A stretch of 63,148 bases of DNA, filler included, from Dimargaris cristalligena (taxonomy: Eukaryota), in assembly GCA_003614675.1 (NCBI GenBank). It is 16 parts of 16 records of this genome, joined end to end, with 100 filler letters (N's around TTAATTAATTAA, not from the genome) between each part and the next. Parts side by side here need not be neighbours in the genome. Positions count along the whole stretch, not along the records: positions 23,921 to 27,782 come from ML003869.1; positions 27,883 to 31,738 come from ML003870.1; positions 31,839 to 35,693 come from ML003871.1; positions 35,794 to 39,646 come from ML003872.1; 12 more parts are not named here. One strand, 5' to 3'. Within the stretch, counting starts at the first letter, position 1. Each line of letters starts with the position of its first letter. Shown piece after piece: positions 24,356 to 35,945 of the stretch. The position numbers and the translations under genes were made by a program. A model generated the notes under the pieces. The model did no database searches and was not told where the DNA came from. It was given only the letters and a program-made list of their open reading frames with translations.

Positions 24356-25600
24356 TTACTGTCGGATATTGTTTTGGATACGGATCTTGACCACCGTAGG
24401 GTCCACTCGTTCAATGTGGTTCCAGCGGGTGGGTTCCCTGTTTGTCGGGTCTGGTGGATTTTGCACATAGTCCAAACAACGGGTGTCCCCACAGGTATTG
24501 TGGTAGGTTTGGGCACAGGTGGGACACTGGATAAATAAAGTATTGCAGGCCTTCCCAACGCAGTTGGTGTAGTGCTCATGGGGGGTGCTGCACTGATAGC
24601 ACTCACCGAGCACATCGGGAGAGATGGGTTCCCCGAGGCGCTCGTCAAATGTAAAGTTACGGCCTAGGTAGAGGGAAGGAAGCCCGGTTTCCCGAATGTA
24701 CCGACCGTAGGCGGTGATGCCTCCGCGAAGCATTCTAACGTTTTGGAAGCCTTCCGACTTAAGAATGGCCCCGGCTTTGGAGCACCGGATACCGCCCGTG
24801 CAGTACATATAAACGGGTTCCTTCTCCTTACCCCGCACTAGGTCACGCATCATGGGGACTTCGGCGGCGAACGTGGCGGCGTCGGGAAGGGTAGCATGTT
24901 TAAAATGGCCGATGGCGCTTTCATAGTTGTTCCGCATGTCCAAAAGGGTCAGTCGTTCGGGGTCGGCCTCGGCCAACTCGGCATGCCATTCGGCGGGTGA
25001 CAAATACTCGGGCTGTTGGGCAATGTCGCACTGCGAAGGGGGCACTTCATCGCGCACTAGCTGGTTGCGGATAGTGACGATAAGTTTGAGGAAGGATTCG
25101 CTATGTTCCGTGGCCTCGTTCAGCACCAATGTCTGGAACTCCGGGTAGCCCAGCAAATAGGACCGGAGTTGGTCGACGTTGGAAACGGGACAGGCCACTT
25201 GGCCGTTGATTCCCTCCGTGGCCAGGTATATGCGGCCCTTGACCCGCAGCTCCTCATGCAAGTGGCGTCGAATCTGCCGTTGGAGGTGAACCACCCGCTC
25301 GGGGGGCAAGTTCACAAAGGTGTAAAACGAGTAGGTCTGGTAGGGGTTTTCAACGCTTGGGGAACTCGAGGGGGTCTCGGTGGTTAGGCCCCGAAAGTTT
25401 GCCAGTCGCCCCTGCGGGAATGGAAGACCAAGGGGAGTAGACCATGCGGAAGCGAACGGTAAACGGACGTGGTGGAGCAAGCCGAGGGTTCTCGTTGGGG
25501 GCAGCAAACCGGGTGGCGAAAAGAATGCCGCGCTGCCCCTCGAACGGAGGCGATTGAGGGAAACCCGCACCTGGGAACCGCGAACCAAACCGACCGACAT
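24356..25600 (-). CDS. TrhO/YceA (UPF0176)/TSTD2-family rhodanese-domain protein with probable mitochondrial presequence
   Basis: SFYTF, KGRIYLATEGING, LLDMRNNYESAIGHF, YMYCTGGIRCSKA, LRGGITAY, GRNFTFDER, C-terminal Cys cluster; first ~75 aa are R/S/L-rich with no acidic residues. Confidence 0.92.
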   Translation of the reverse strand: MSVGLVRGSQVRVSLNRLRSRGSAAFFSPPGLLPPTRTLGLLHHVRLPFASAWSTPLGLPFPQGRLANFRGLTTETPSSSPSVENPYQTYSFYTFVNLPPERVVHLQRQIRRHLHEELRVKGRIYLATEGINGQVACPVSNVDQLRSYLLGYPEFQTLVLNEATEHSESFLKLIVTIRNQLVRDEVPPSQCDIAQQPEYLSPAEWHAELAEADPERLTLLDMRNNYESAIGHFKHATLPDAATFAAEVPMMRDLVRGKEKEPVYMYCTGGIRCSKAGAILKSEGFQNVRMLRGGITAYGRYIRETGLPSLYLGRNFTFDERLGEPISPDVLGECYQCSTPHEHYTNCVGKACNTLFIQCPTCAQTYHNTCGDTRCLDYVQNPPDPTNREPTRWNHIERVDPTVVKIRIQNNIRQ

Positions 25601-26280
25601 TTGTCTGGAATCCGAGCGAGAGGAAAACGAAGTCTAACCGGAATAGAAAAATAGGATACAGAAAAGGAATAAACCAGTGCCTGTGTTCTATTGGTATGAG
25701 GGGCAAATGATATGGCTTGCCTGGGCGAAATTTATTCCCGAAATCTAATTGAGCAGAGGGGCTAACCCCATAGAATCCTCGGGCCGGGCCGGGTGCGGAG
25801 CCAATTTAGTGAATCCGCCAATAACGCGGAGGATTCTACTGAAAAGCCTGGGTAAGCGGCTCCATTGAGCAATTAATAATAACCAGTCCTAAAGCCATCA
25901 AGATTAGCAGCATCAAACCCAGACCCAGAAGCAACGGAGTCGCTAGCCAGCCTCTTCCTATTGTTCGACTCTTTATATTTATTTATAAAGGCAATAATAA
26001 TCACTTTGGCTAGAAGAGGGAGAAGCATACTGTTCATTATATTCCCGGGCTGCGCTAGTTAGGGTCAGGAGGACCTGGGGCTTTTAAAGTCCCCGTAGAG
26101 ACCTACCCTTCAAGCCCAACCTTGAACCTTCCTCTTACTCTATTCTACACCTGATTTCCTTCCAGCTTTTTATTCAGACGCTTTTCCCTTCTCAGTTAAC
26201 CCTACTTCTGAGTGCATTCCCCTTGGTTTAACGTACCACTCCCTCCTCCCCGGTCTAGCTCGGCTTGGCACACCCACCCC

Positions 26281-27782
26281 ATGGTTACAACCGCCTACTG
26301 GGACTCCGCTTTGGGGTCCACCTCCGCCGTTTTTCAAATGATAGCCATTCAGAATGCGGCGACGGGGTGCACAGCCGTTCGACGCCAACGGTCCGGAAAC
26401 ACCACCCGCAACCCCTACTTTTACTTCCAGACCCATCGGATTCCGCCCCGCAGTCGGTCCCCATGGGCAACCCCAGCGCCGCCGCAGCCAACCTCGGTTG
26501 AGCTTAGCATCAAAATTCGGCCCCAACAAATAACCCCGGCCCAGGTGCGCCTCCTTAATGAGCTGTTGCATACGTCGCATGCGTTGTCGGCCTCGTTGTC
26601 GACCACCACGGCGACGTCGGCGTCGGCTCTTTCCCCCTCGTTCAATACGGCCTCCCAAGACCGCCGGGAAAACGTGGCCGGATTGGCGTTGGCGGTGAGC
26701 TCCTTGACCCTTTACTATATTCTTAACTATACAACGAGTAGCCTGCGGTCGATTGAACAAATCTTTCGGGTGCCGGTCCCTGGGATGGTCCGCTTTACCC
26801 CTACGCCGCAAGTCCTTGTAACCGCCCCCGTTCCCTCTTTTAGGTTTTTGGACCACTGTCGGTTTCTACTGCGCAAGCTCGAGTCGGTCGGACCCGGTGC
26901 CCTCTGGGCTGGCTTGTCCACCTCGTTCCTCGGCCAAGTGGCGCACATTGCATATGGCCATACCTACTACTGGCTGCGTCCCCCGCGCATCTCCGCCGCC
27001 CAGAACCCCGCCCTGGTACTCCAGGCCATCGCCGCAGCCGGGGTAGCCAAAGTGTAAGTCTATGGAATCTAACGTGGTGAAGTCCCATGGGTATCATTGT
27101 TGACCAACATTAGGTAGGTCACGTCGTGTTTGGATAAACATCTCCCTTTCCAACAAACTAATATTCCGTCTCCTGTATTATATGCCATGTTCACACACTT
27201 CGATCCGGCCGCCGATTTCTATCCCAGGATGCAACTGGTGGCTGCGGTGCCCTTCTATCCCTTCTGGCACCTGTCGGTGGTTTGGCGACTGCATAGCTTA
27301 GTGCAGAGCCGGCCCTTTCAATTCCGCCTCTACGCCCGTGAATACTGGCGACTGCTCAAGTTGCTGGTACGGCCCCCGGCCCTGGCCACCATTATCCAGC
27401 GCCCTTCCGCCCTTTTCCTAGAATGGGGCCTTCCGGCCATCTACCCCGCCTTTATCCACCGATTACTCTTTGACTATATCCAGACCAAAGTAGTATTCCC
27501 CCGCGTCCACCGCGCGTTCCTCGGTATGCGGGTGTTTTTCCGCTCCTTTCAGACGACCATGTTGGAACCGACCAGCGAAGTGGTCATCGACGCCAGTAAC
27601 GAGGCCCTCTTCCTAACCGACGTTCCCGGCTCCGAGGGCGACTCCCCCTTCACCCAACCCGCCCGCCCGGTCCCCCTTCCGCCCACCCAGCGGACGATGC
27701 TTCGCCAGTTTTACGCGGAATTGGCCTCGGTATTGGTCAGTAACATTGTCTCTAAATCGATGCTCTATCCCATTGAAAGGTG
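26281..27782 (+). CDS. Divergent mitochondrial-carrier-like membrane protein; 3'-truncated. Exons 26281-27053, 27228-27782
   Basis: In-phase GT-AG intron joins the two long ORFs; carrier-like elements G.GALWAGL, VPFYPF, NIVSKSMLYPIER (Px[DE] signature). Confidence 0.55.
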
Positions 27783-27882
27783 NNNNNNNNNNNNNNNNNN
27801 NNNNNNNNNNNNNNNNNNNNNNNNNNTTAATTAATTAANNNNNNNNNNNNNNNNNNNNNNNNNNNNNNNNNNNNNNNNNNNN

Positions 27883-30800
27883 GTTAGGGTAGGTGCTGAT
27901 GTCTAAGGAACAGCCTGGCAGATTGGGAAACCTGTGGCATGATCCATGGCCATGATAATATACTGGTTTCCCTGTGGCATTATTGTTAATGGACCTACAA
28001 AATTGACGGCCCACCGTTCAAATGGGGCAATGACTGGGGCTGGTACGGTGGGTTCTACTGGTGTATCAGGGTATGCCCTCCAAGTGACCTGGCAGTTTGG
28101 ACATTCCTTTATGTATTTGTGAACATCAGCCTTCCATTTTGGCCACCAGGCCCACATAACCATGCACTCAATGGTAGATTTGTAACCTCCATGTCCAAAT
28201 GATTTAAATAAATGGTCTAATTCTACTTGACGCTGACCAGGGCCAATATAAGGTACTTCTATCCCATTAACCACATGAAACAGATGGCCAGTGTGTGGTT
28301 CTACTTGAAAATGTGGGGCTTCCGAGGCTACTAAATGATGAGTTTCTTCTGTGACTTCCGGGGGAATTGTGCCATTCAAAATGTACTCCCCAATAAAGCT
28401 TGGCCAGTCATCTGGTATGACAGATATGAGATCCATGAGGGACGTATCATGGTATTAAGACAATGCATCAGCAATGTACTGGTGCTGTCCAGGTAGGTAG
28501 TTAACATCTGGGTCATATTCCAAAAGGAGTTCCAGCCAGCAATACAGATGAGGGGGTATTTTCTTTGTGTTTTTTTAAAAAGATAAAGCTTTGTGGTCTG
28601 AATGAACAGTAAAACTTTAGTTATAAATGAAGTGCTGCCATTTCTGGATGGCATGAATAATGGAAAACAGTTCTAATTCCACAGTAGGGTACTGGGACTC
28701 AGCAGGGTTTAGTTTTCTGGACTCATAAGCCAATGGCTTCATCCCTTCTTTGGTTCCCTGCATAAGTACGGCCCCTAAAGCAGTAATAGAAGTATCAGTA
28801 TAAATGTGGAATGGTAAAGAATAATCAGGGTAAACTAAAATAGGGGCAGTGGATAATTGTATACATAATTTTTCAAATACAGAATTACACTCTGGAGTTT
28901 AAACTAAATCTTTGGTTTTCCCCCACAGTGTATTAGTTAAAGGAGCCACTAGAAGTGAATAGTTAGCAATAAACTGGTAGTAATAATTTGTTAATCCTAA
29001 AAATGATTGAAGTGTCCTAACTGTAGTTGGTGTTGGGAACTCCTTCATGGCTTGGACTTTGGCTGGGTCATGCTGGATACCTGCACTGGAGATAAAGTGG
29101 CCCAAGTATTCAACTTGGTGTAAACTAAATTCACACTTATTAGGGTTGGCTATAAGTTGATGTTGGCATAGGAGGGAAAGAACAGTATCAAGATGGGATA
29201 AATGAGATTCGAAATCAGTACTGAAAATAAGAATATCATCTAAATAAACCATACAAAATTTGTCAAAGTAGGGATATAGAATAAAATTCATCAAAATTTG
29301 AAAAGTGGCAGGAGCATTTGTAAGGCCAAATGGCATAACCAAAAACTCGTATTGACCATATCTGGTGTTAAAAGCAGTCTTTGGAATATCCTGCATAGAA
29401 ATACAGATCTGGTGGTAGCTAGATTTTAAATTAATCTTTGAAAAATATTTAGAACCTGCCAAACAGGCAAAGGATTCATCAATATGGGGTAAACAGTAAT
29501 GATTTTTGATGGTTTTTGAGTTTAAGGCTCTGTAGTCAATACACATTCGGCAACTTCCATCCTTTTTAGGGACAAAAATAACTGGTGCACCCCAAGGAGA
29601 AGAGCCTGGCTGTATCCACCCATACTCTGTGTATTCAGCTAGTTGCTTATGCAGTTTGGCCAAGTCGTCCTGGGTCAGGCGGTAGGGGTGGCATCCCCAG
29701 TATCAATTTTGTGATCAATACTTCATTCCGGTGGTAATCCTTTAGGTAGGGGTGCAAAAACAACATTAGAGTAGCAGTCCAGGACTTGGCGGATAGCAGG
29801 ACAGGCTGGTCTTGATGAATTCATAGTTTCTTGGACCCAGAGCAGCAGGACTGGGTTGTCATCTTGAATTTCGGTGGCTAAATCGGCAGTGGCGATATCT
29901 AAAATTGGGCTTCTAGATATTAAGTTCACGGTTTTCAATATTTCGGCAATATCAACAGTGATAGGCAGGTCACAAGGTACAATCGGCAGTCTGACAGCAT
30001 TCGCAGCTTCAGATAATTCACAGGGTATAGGTGGCAGGTTTGGGCAAACAGTGGTGGCAGTTGGGGTACCATATCTCGGCATCGATATGGTTGCATCAAT
30101 AGTGACCGATAGGTCATGTGACTTTTTCGACGATTTCAAAAAATCAGTGGCAGATGAAGGGCAATTCGGTGATAACAATTTTGGGGCATCAGCAGTAATA
30201 GACAGGTTACAATAGCCATTCGACAATGGCAATACAGGCAATTAATTCAACAGGGGCTGGGGTTCGACTGTACTTGGACTAAACAGGGACAAGGACTCTA
30301 GATTCTGGGCAGTGCAGCCACTACTAGGCTGTCCTTGTAAAACAATGCCATCTGGCAGGCATAGGTGGTATTGGTCCCACATGAGCTGTGGATTAAACTG
30401 GCAAATCTAAGGCTGACTAAGGATTAAATCATAGGTGGCAGAGGGTAAAATATAAGCAGTAATCGGGAATTTGGTTTTTTCAATAAAAGTTTCTAAATGA
30501 ATAAAAGAACAGATTGTAATTGTTTCCTGATTGGTAACTCGTACAAACTGTGGGGACTGAGTAGGATAAAAAGGGATAGAGTAGCAGCAAATAATCTCCT
30601 TTGAAATAAATTTTGAAGAAGTACCAGGGTCAAAAAGGGCACTAAAAGTATATGATTTGAATTGCATAGGTAATATCAATAAAGGGAAGGCACCAGTCTC
30701 AAGCTGGTGGAGTTCCTGGGATGATCCACAACCCTTTTGAGCCCATTGGGTAGTGTCTAAACTATCCACAGCTTTAAAAATTGTATTTTTTCTTAGAATT

Positions 30801-31465
30801 AAGAGACCTTGAATAATATGGTCACTAAAAGAAATGTGAATATCTCTAGAGGTTGGGTTATGAATAATTGCCTTAATAGGCCCATGGTAATCAGGGGCAA
30901 TAACTCTTCCTGAAAGGGTTAAACCTAATTTGGCCATACTTGGCCATAAGGATAGTAATAAAAAATAATTAAAAGGGATAGCTATGCATATAGCAGTATT
31001 AATAACTGCAGTGTGGCCCTGGGAAAGATTCACTGACTCAGCATAAGGAAAATCCACCCTGGCCAGGTATTTATATGCCATAAATAGATCAGCAATTTTT
31101 TTTTTATTTTTTGGTACTGAATTGTTAATGGCTGGTTAGTCTCGGGGCCCTAAGAGAGTTGGGCTAGTTCCCCAGGGGGGATGGGTTTCCCACCATATTA
31201 ACATCAGTCATGTTAATCTGGTGGTTGCCCAGATTGGCTTTCAATTGTGTGCATTTCCCAGCTTGGTGTCTGGGGTGACCATAGCAGAAACACATTCATT
31301 CAGTGAGGTATTGTTGGCACTTCTGGGGGGGACAGTTTGTGGAAAGCATCTATGTCCATTGGAGTAGACTGTTGGGTCCTTATTGGGCTGTGATTCCCAA
31401 ATGATCACTGGGAGAAACTTTCACTCAGGTATCAATCACCTAACTGTGCCACTTGCATTGCTTGT
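27883..31465 (-). mobile_element. Decayed Ty3/gypsy LTR retrotransposon: gag zinc knuckle - dUTPase - protease - spacer - RT - RNase H - integrase (truncated)
   Basis: PMDIDA and CFCYGHPRHQAGKC (~31250-31365); RT SPWGAPVIFVPKKDG, VMPFGLTNAPATFQ, VYLDDILIFS; RNase H YTDTS..ALGAVL, ELELFSII; integrase H..CPNC, PFERWAVNFVGPL; stops and frameshifts. Confidence 0.95.
30715..31081 (-). pseudogene. Retroelement-borne trimeric dUTPase domain (degenerate), fused in frame upstream of the aspartic protease (ALFDPGTS, YDLILSQP)
   Basis: Five motifs in order: RVDF (GxDL), LWPSMA (xRSxxA), GRVIAPDYHGPI (GVIDxDYRGxI), SDHIIQ (GDRIAQ), TTQWAQKGCGSS (TxRGxxGFGSS). Confidence 0.85.
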
Positions 31466-31738
31466 TTTAGTGAACTTACCACATTTTTACCTACTTTTAT
31501 TTTTTATCTATTTTTTGCACTTATCAGAAGTAAGCCCCTGGTGAGTGAATAAGCCCCTGCCCCTGCCCCTGACAAATATAGTCATTTTTCCTACATTTTC
31601 ATTAGTATAGTATTTTTTCTATTAGTATATTATATACTCTTGATTATGATGCACCCCTGCCCCTGACTGGACTGTACCCCTGCATTCACACTGCCCCTGG
31701 CCCGACTGCGCCCCTGTTCAAAGAATAGCTAACAATAG
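31466..31738 (+). repeat. Family-B LTR 5' portion interrupting the gypsy gag region in opposite orientation
   Basis: Matches 19732-19847 and the reverse complement of 55452-55719. Confidence 0.8.
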
Positions 31739-33274
31739 NNNNNNNNNNNNNNNNNNNNNNNNNNNNNNNNNNNNNNNNNNNNTTAATTAATTAANNNNNN
31801 NNNNNNNNNNNNNNNNNNNNNNNNNNNNNNNNNNNNNNGAAGGGGTTGCCTAACTGATCCACTAAATGTTACGGTATTGACCACTTATCAGTTCCAAACT
31901 CACTCTTTTATTATTTATTTTTATGTTGCAGCATAATTAGGATAATATAGGTTCGAAGTCCAGCGTAATAGGGAAAATAATCCGGTAATAAACGGGGTGC
32001 GGAGATGTCCACGCCTCACCCACTACCGACTACCTTCGGATGCTACTTGTACCATTTGCCATCCATGACGTACTCGGGAGTGTATCCCCGCTGCATTGCT
32101 CGACCACTACAGAAACCGGTCGGCCGCCTAAGCGGTGGGGAGAGTATTCTGTGAACTGCGACTGAATCCCGGCCAGAAAGGGGGGTTTAGTTGATACATT
32201 GACTGGGTAAAGCAAGCCCCGCCCGGAAACCGGTTGAATCTGGGGAAATCACCACAGCGGGTGGGGGGCTTGTACATGGGCAATAGTCCACCATATACAT
32301 TGGCAGTGGAGTGAGGAGACGATGAATGGTGGGTAATGTCTAGGTGTACCAGCTCCTCTTCAGAGAAAGCGGGGCCAGGTTGTGCACAGACACCAGTCGG
32401 ATTCAAAAAGTGGATAGTGACCCGGCGGTATCAAGGAATCCAGCCACATAAATTGCTGGGGCCTTTTCGTGAACCCTAACAGCCGACACCGCGCCGCTCT
32501 CATGCCATTCGGGTAACCGATAGTACCGACTGCCTGGTCATCAGCCTACCTATACTATGCAGTCCATCGGTTTTAACTTAACTTACACCACCCTAACGCT
32601 AGGTCTATTTCATCCACTAGAGGCGATGGCCTTTGGTCCCATTGTGCGATACATTGATTTTGCCCATAGTGGTACTTACCTCAATATATGGGAGCAATAG
32701 ATGCCCGTGCTTCGACACGGCTGGTAGAGACAGTGTTTCTGCATGGGGGTGCCGAGTCATGCACCGTATGGCCCAGTGTTCCTTATGCAAGGCGCATTAC
32801 CAGGTAACTAGGTCAGCCGTGCGTACCTGTGTGCTCGTGTGTGGATATATGTAAAGATTACTTTCCTACCGACACAGGGGCTTCTGCTGTATCAGTTAAT
32901 ATATTCGACTAGGAATAGAGCGCGCCGGTCGCGTTTTCCATTACCCTCCTTCTCTAATGAAGCAACAATGCCCCGAATGGAATCAGGGGGTTAGAGTGGT
33001 CACCAACTCAACTGGGGCTTGCTTCTAAAGAACCAGTCATTTTAACCACTTCTTACCGCTCTGATCAGTGCGAGCTGCCTTAACCGTATCGGTATATAAA
33101 ATCCCGGTCTTAGTCCCCTCCATTATTATACAGCACAGTAATTATCAAGTCTCGTTTTCCCTCTAACAGCTCTAATCCTCGACCGTAGTCCAATTCATCA
33201 CCCACATACCGACTCATCGATCACACCACCACCATCCCCATTTTCTATCCCACTTACCCGGCTTATTATCCACC

Positions 33275-33754
33275 ATGGAATCGCTTCTGCTCTCCATCTC
33301 CGTTCCCCTGGCCCTGGGTTTCGCCGTCAGCATGAAAAGCCGCACCGTCGACAACAAATGGTGGGACGGCCTCAACAAGCCCTTCTTCACCCCACCCAAA
33401 TGGTGTTTCAAGTTCGTATGGGCCTTTTTGTACATCACCATGGGCTGGGGGGCCCACCTGGTGGCCATGGCGGCCAAGGGCAACCCCGACCGGGCTTTCC
33501 GCGACTACGCCCAGAATGCCCTCATCATGTACTGGATCCAGTTCATCGTGAGTTCCGCTTGGGCCCCCCTGTTCTTCAAGGCCCACAAAGTGGGCTTAGC
33601 CTGGGGGAGCAACGTGCTCACCAGCATCCTGATTGGCATGACCGTGAACCAATTCGCCGACATCAGTCCCAACGCGGCGTTGTTGATGACCCCCTATTTG
33701 GTTTGGGTGGTGGTCAGCGGCTTTATCAACCTTTACATCGTGATTTACAATTGA
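33275..33754 (+). CDS. TSPO: Translocator protein TspO/MBR family
   Basis: WWDGLNKPFFTPPKWCF..VWAFLYITMG, WAPLFF, AALLMTPYLVWV..N; five hydrophobic segments; TATATAAAA near 33093. Confidence 0.95.
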   Translation: MESLLLSISVPLALGFAVSMKSRTVDNKWWDGLNKPFFTPPKWCFKFVWAFLYITMGWGAHLVAMAAKGNPDRAFRDYAQNALIMYWIQFIVSSAWAPLFFKAHKVGLAWGSNVLTSILIGMTVNQFADISPNAALLMTPYLVWVVVSGFINLYIVIYN

Positions 33755-35093
33755 AAATCGCCGGATTGGCAGGTAAAGCGAATGTTTGTTTTCATTGCTA
33801 AGATGGATCCTCGGGCGGTCTGCTGTCCTTATAAACCCCCTCCGTTCCGGAAATATTTCCATGGCCCAATGTGGAGTCGGCGACACTTAGTAGGTGTATT
33901 CCCGGTTCGGCTTCTCTCTAATTTGCGGACCCATTTGGCCACCAAACTCCTTCTTTGGCTTTTTCGTAATGATTGGTGTATTATGTTGCAAAAAAAATAA
34001 CTATAAAATTAAAGTGATTTCTAAATGAGTTTCGCCAGTTAACGTATCTTTAAAATAGGGTTCTGGATTGCATCCTGCTTGTGGTTGGTTCAATCATTGA
34101 AGTTTCGCAATCAACTTGGACCACCACGTTTGGGGGGGGCTCATTATTAAAAACCAGTAATTAGTGCTCGGGGGGGGGGGTACGATTTGAATTAGCTAGA
34201 CACAGGCCGTTTTTGTGGGATTATACTTCATTGTAAGAGTCAACATCTTATACAAGCCCCAAGTGGAGCCGTGCCAGATTTAGGCCTGTAAATCCATCTC
34301 ATGCGAATCAAATGTATGTGTATAGTTCTGGGGTAAGGCCATACTATGCAATGGCAAACGGGGGAGGGGGCGGCTACCCAAAAATCGGTTATGCCTGGGA
34401 AACAAACGGCGAACTGGCTCCGGGCTTGGACCACAGACCATGTAAAATAGACGGAGGCGAAGGCAACGGGGCGGTGCACACATTTAAGACAAAAGGCCCG
34501 TGCATTCAGCCGATGACTTTAGAATTCTAACTAAAGTCCTACCTGTAGTTACGACTGGTGCATTTCAAACCCACCAGCTATCGATTGTAACCCCAATATC
34601 ATTTCTATACTTTTTAAGGAATAATCTTTACTGTGGCTCCTGAAAAGGATATATATTTAGCCAACTAGAATGGGTAGAAGAAATAACAACAGGGCTGTTA
34701 ATTAATACGCCCAATGTCGTTTCATACTCTATAAGTAGTGAACTGTTTTTCCAGGCATACCACACTAGGTTTATGTACAGAGAAATTTATAGAGTGCCAT
34801 GTCGGAAAATGAACTAGTCCAAAAAACCCACCTACCCAGAAAGTCCCCTACGGTTTGGTGCATACGGAGTGAGGTATTTCTATACGTGAAGCTCCTGGAG
34901 GCTAGAAGGATCTATTATAATTTAACTAGTGGGGGGGATGATATACATACATGTATGCTTTATCTCGGGCTGGCCGCGTCAGTGTCTATTGCTGTGGGTG
35001 GCAACAGTAGACCGTATGATTCAGTGCGCCTTCTGCATGGCGGGTTGCCTGGTGTCTAGCCCGACTATCCATAGTAATGGGTGGCTTTATCCA

Positions 35094-35235
35094 TATGGGA
35101 GAAGTTCATTCAGGCTGAATAATGAAAAATACATTGGATAAGGCCAATATTGCTGGTTAAAAGTTATTCTCCCACATATTCACCCATACATGTATTATGT
35201 AAAACCCTATACAGCTGGTTTGAGTTTCACCCATA
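35094..35235. mobile_element. Full-length ~142-bp MITE copy
   Basis: CATATGGGAGAAGTTCA...TGAGTTTCACCCATATG; close to 16212-16353. Confidence 0.85.
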
Positions 35236-35945
35236 TGAAGGTCCCTCGAATAGCCGGATAGAGGGCCTATGTTACCAGTGTGGTATATTAGAAAAAAAGG
35301 AATGGGAGAAACAATTATATTAGCACATCCCGATATGATTGGAACAGTAGCTTTCAGCTGGTTTGGGGCTTATCCCAATATCCCAGCATTCTGGTGACTC
35401 TTTAATACCACATTAACTGCTACAAAATTTAATATACGGGCTTATATAAATATTGACAAAGTCTCCTCCCATCGAACCATACCACACCAATCCCTGATCT
35501 CCAGTATCATCTCATCATCGTAGATCGCCGGTCGCTCTCTAGTTGTTTGGCCAGGTTTTCAATAGACACCTTTCATTTGTGACCGCATTCCACCTCCTAA
35601 ATATTGCCCGACTCGCCCGCGGCCTCTTAGGTTCATTGATTTTTTCAAATTACACACTATCCCGCCAACTAGCTATGGAATCCCTTGCCCTCTNNNNNNN
35701 NNNNNNNNNNNNNNNNNNNNNNNNNNNNNNNNNNNNNTTAATTAATTAANNNNNNNNNNNNNNNNNNNNNNNNNNNNNNNNNNNNNNNNNNNNTTTTTCT
35801 AAAACATGATTCAGCTGTCCATGTACTTTCTCGAACTTTAGCCACGGGACTAGTTGGTCCCGGCTGCAATCATCGTTCTCCCAAGTCTTCGTCTGTTATT
35901 AAAGGCAATACTCATTTATGAAATGTCTACGGATAGTACTGTGGG

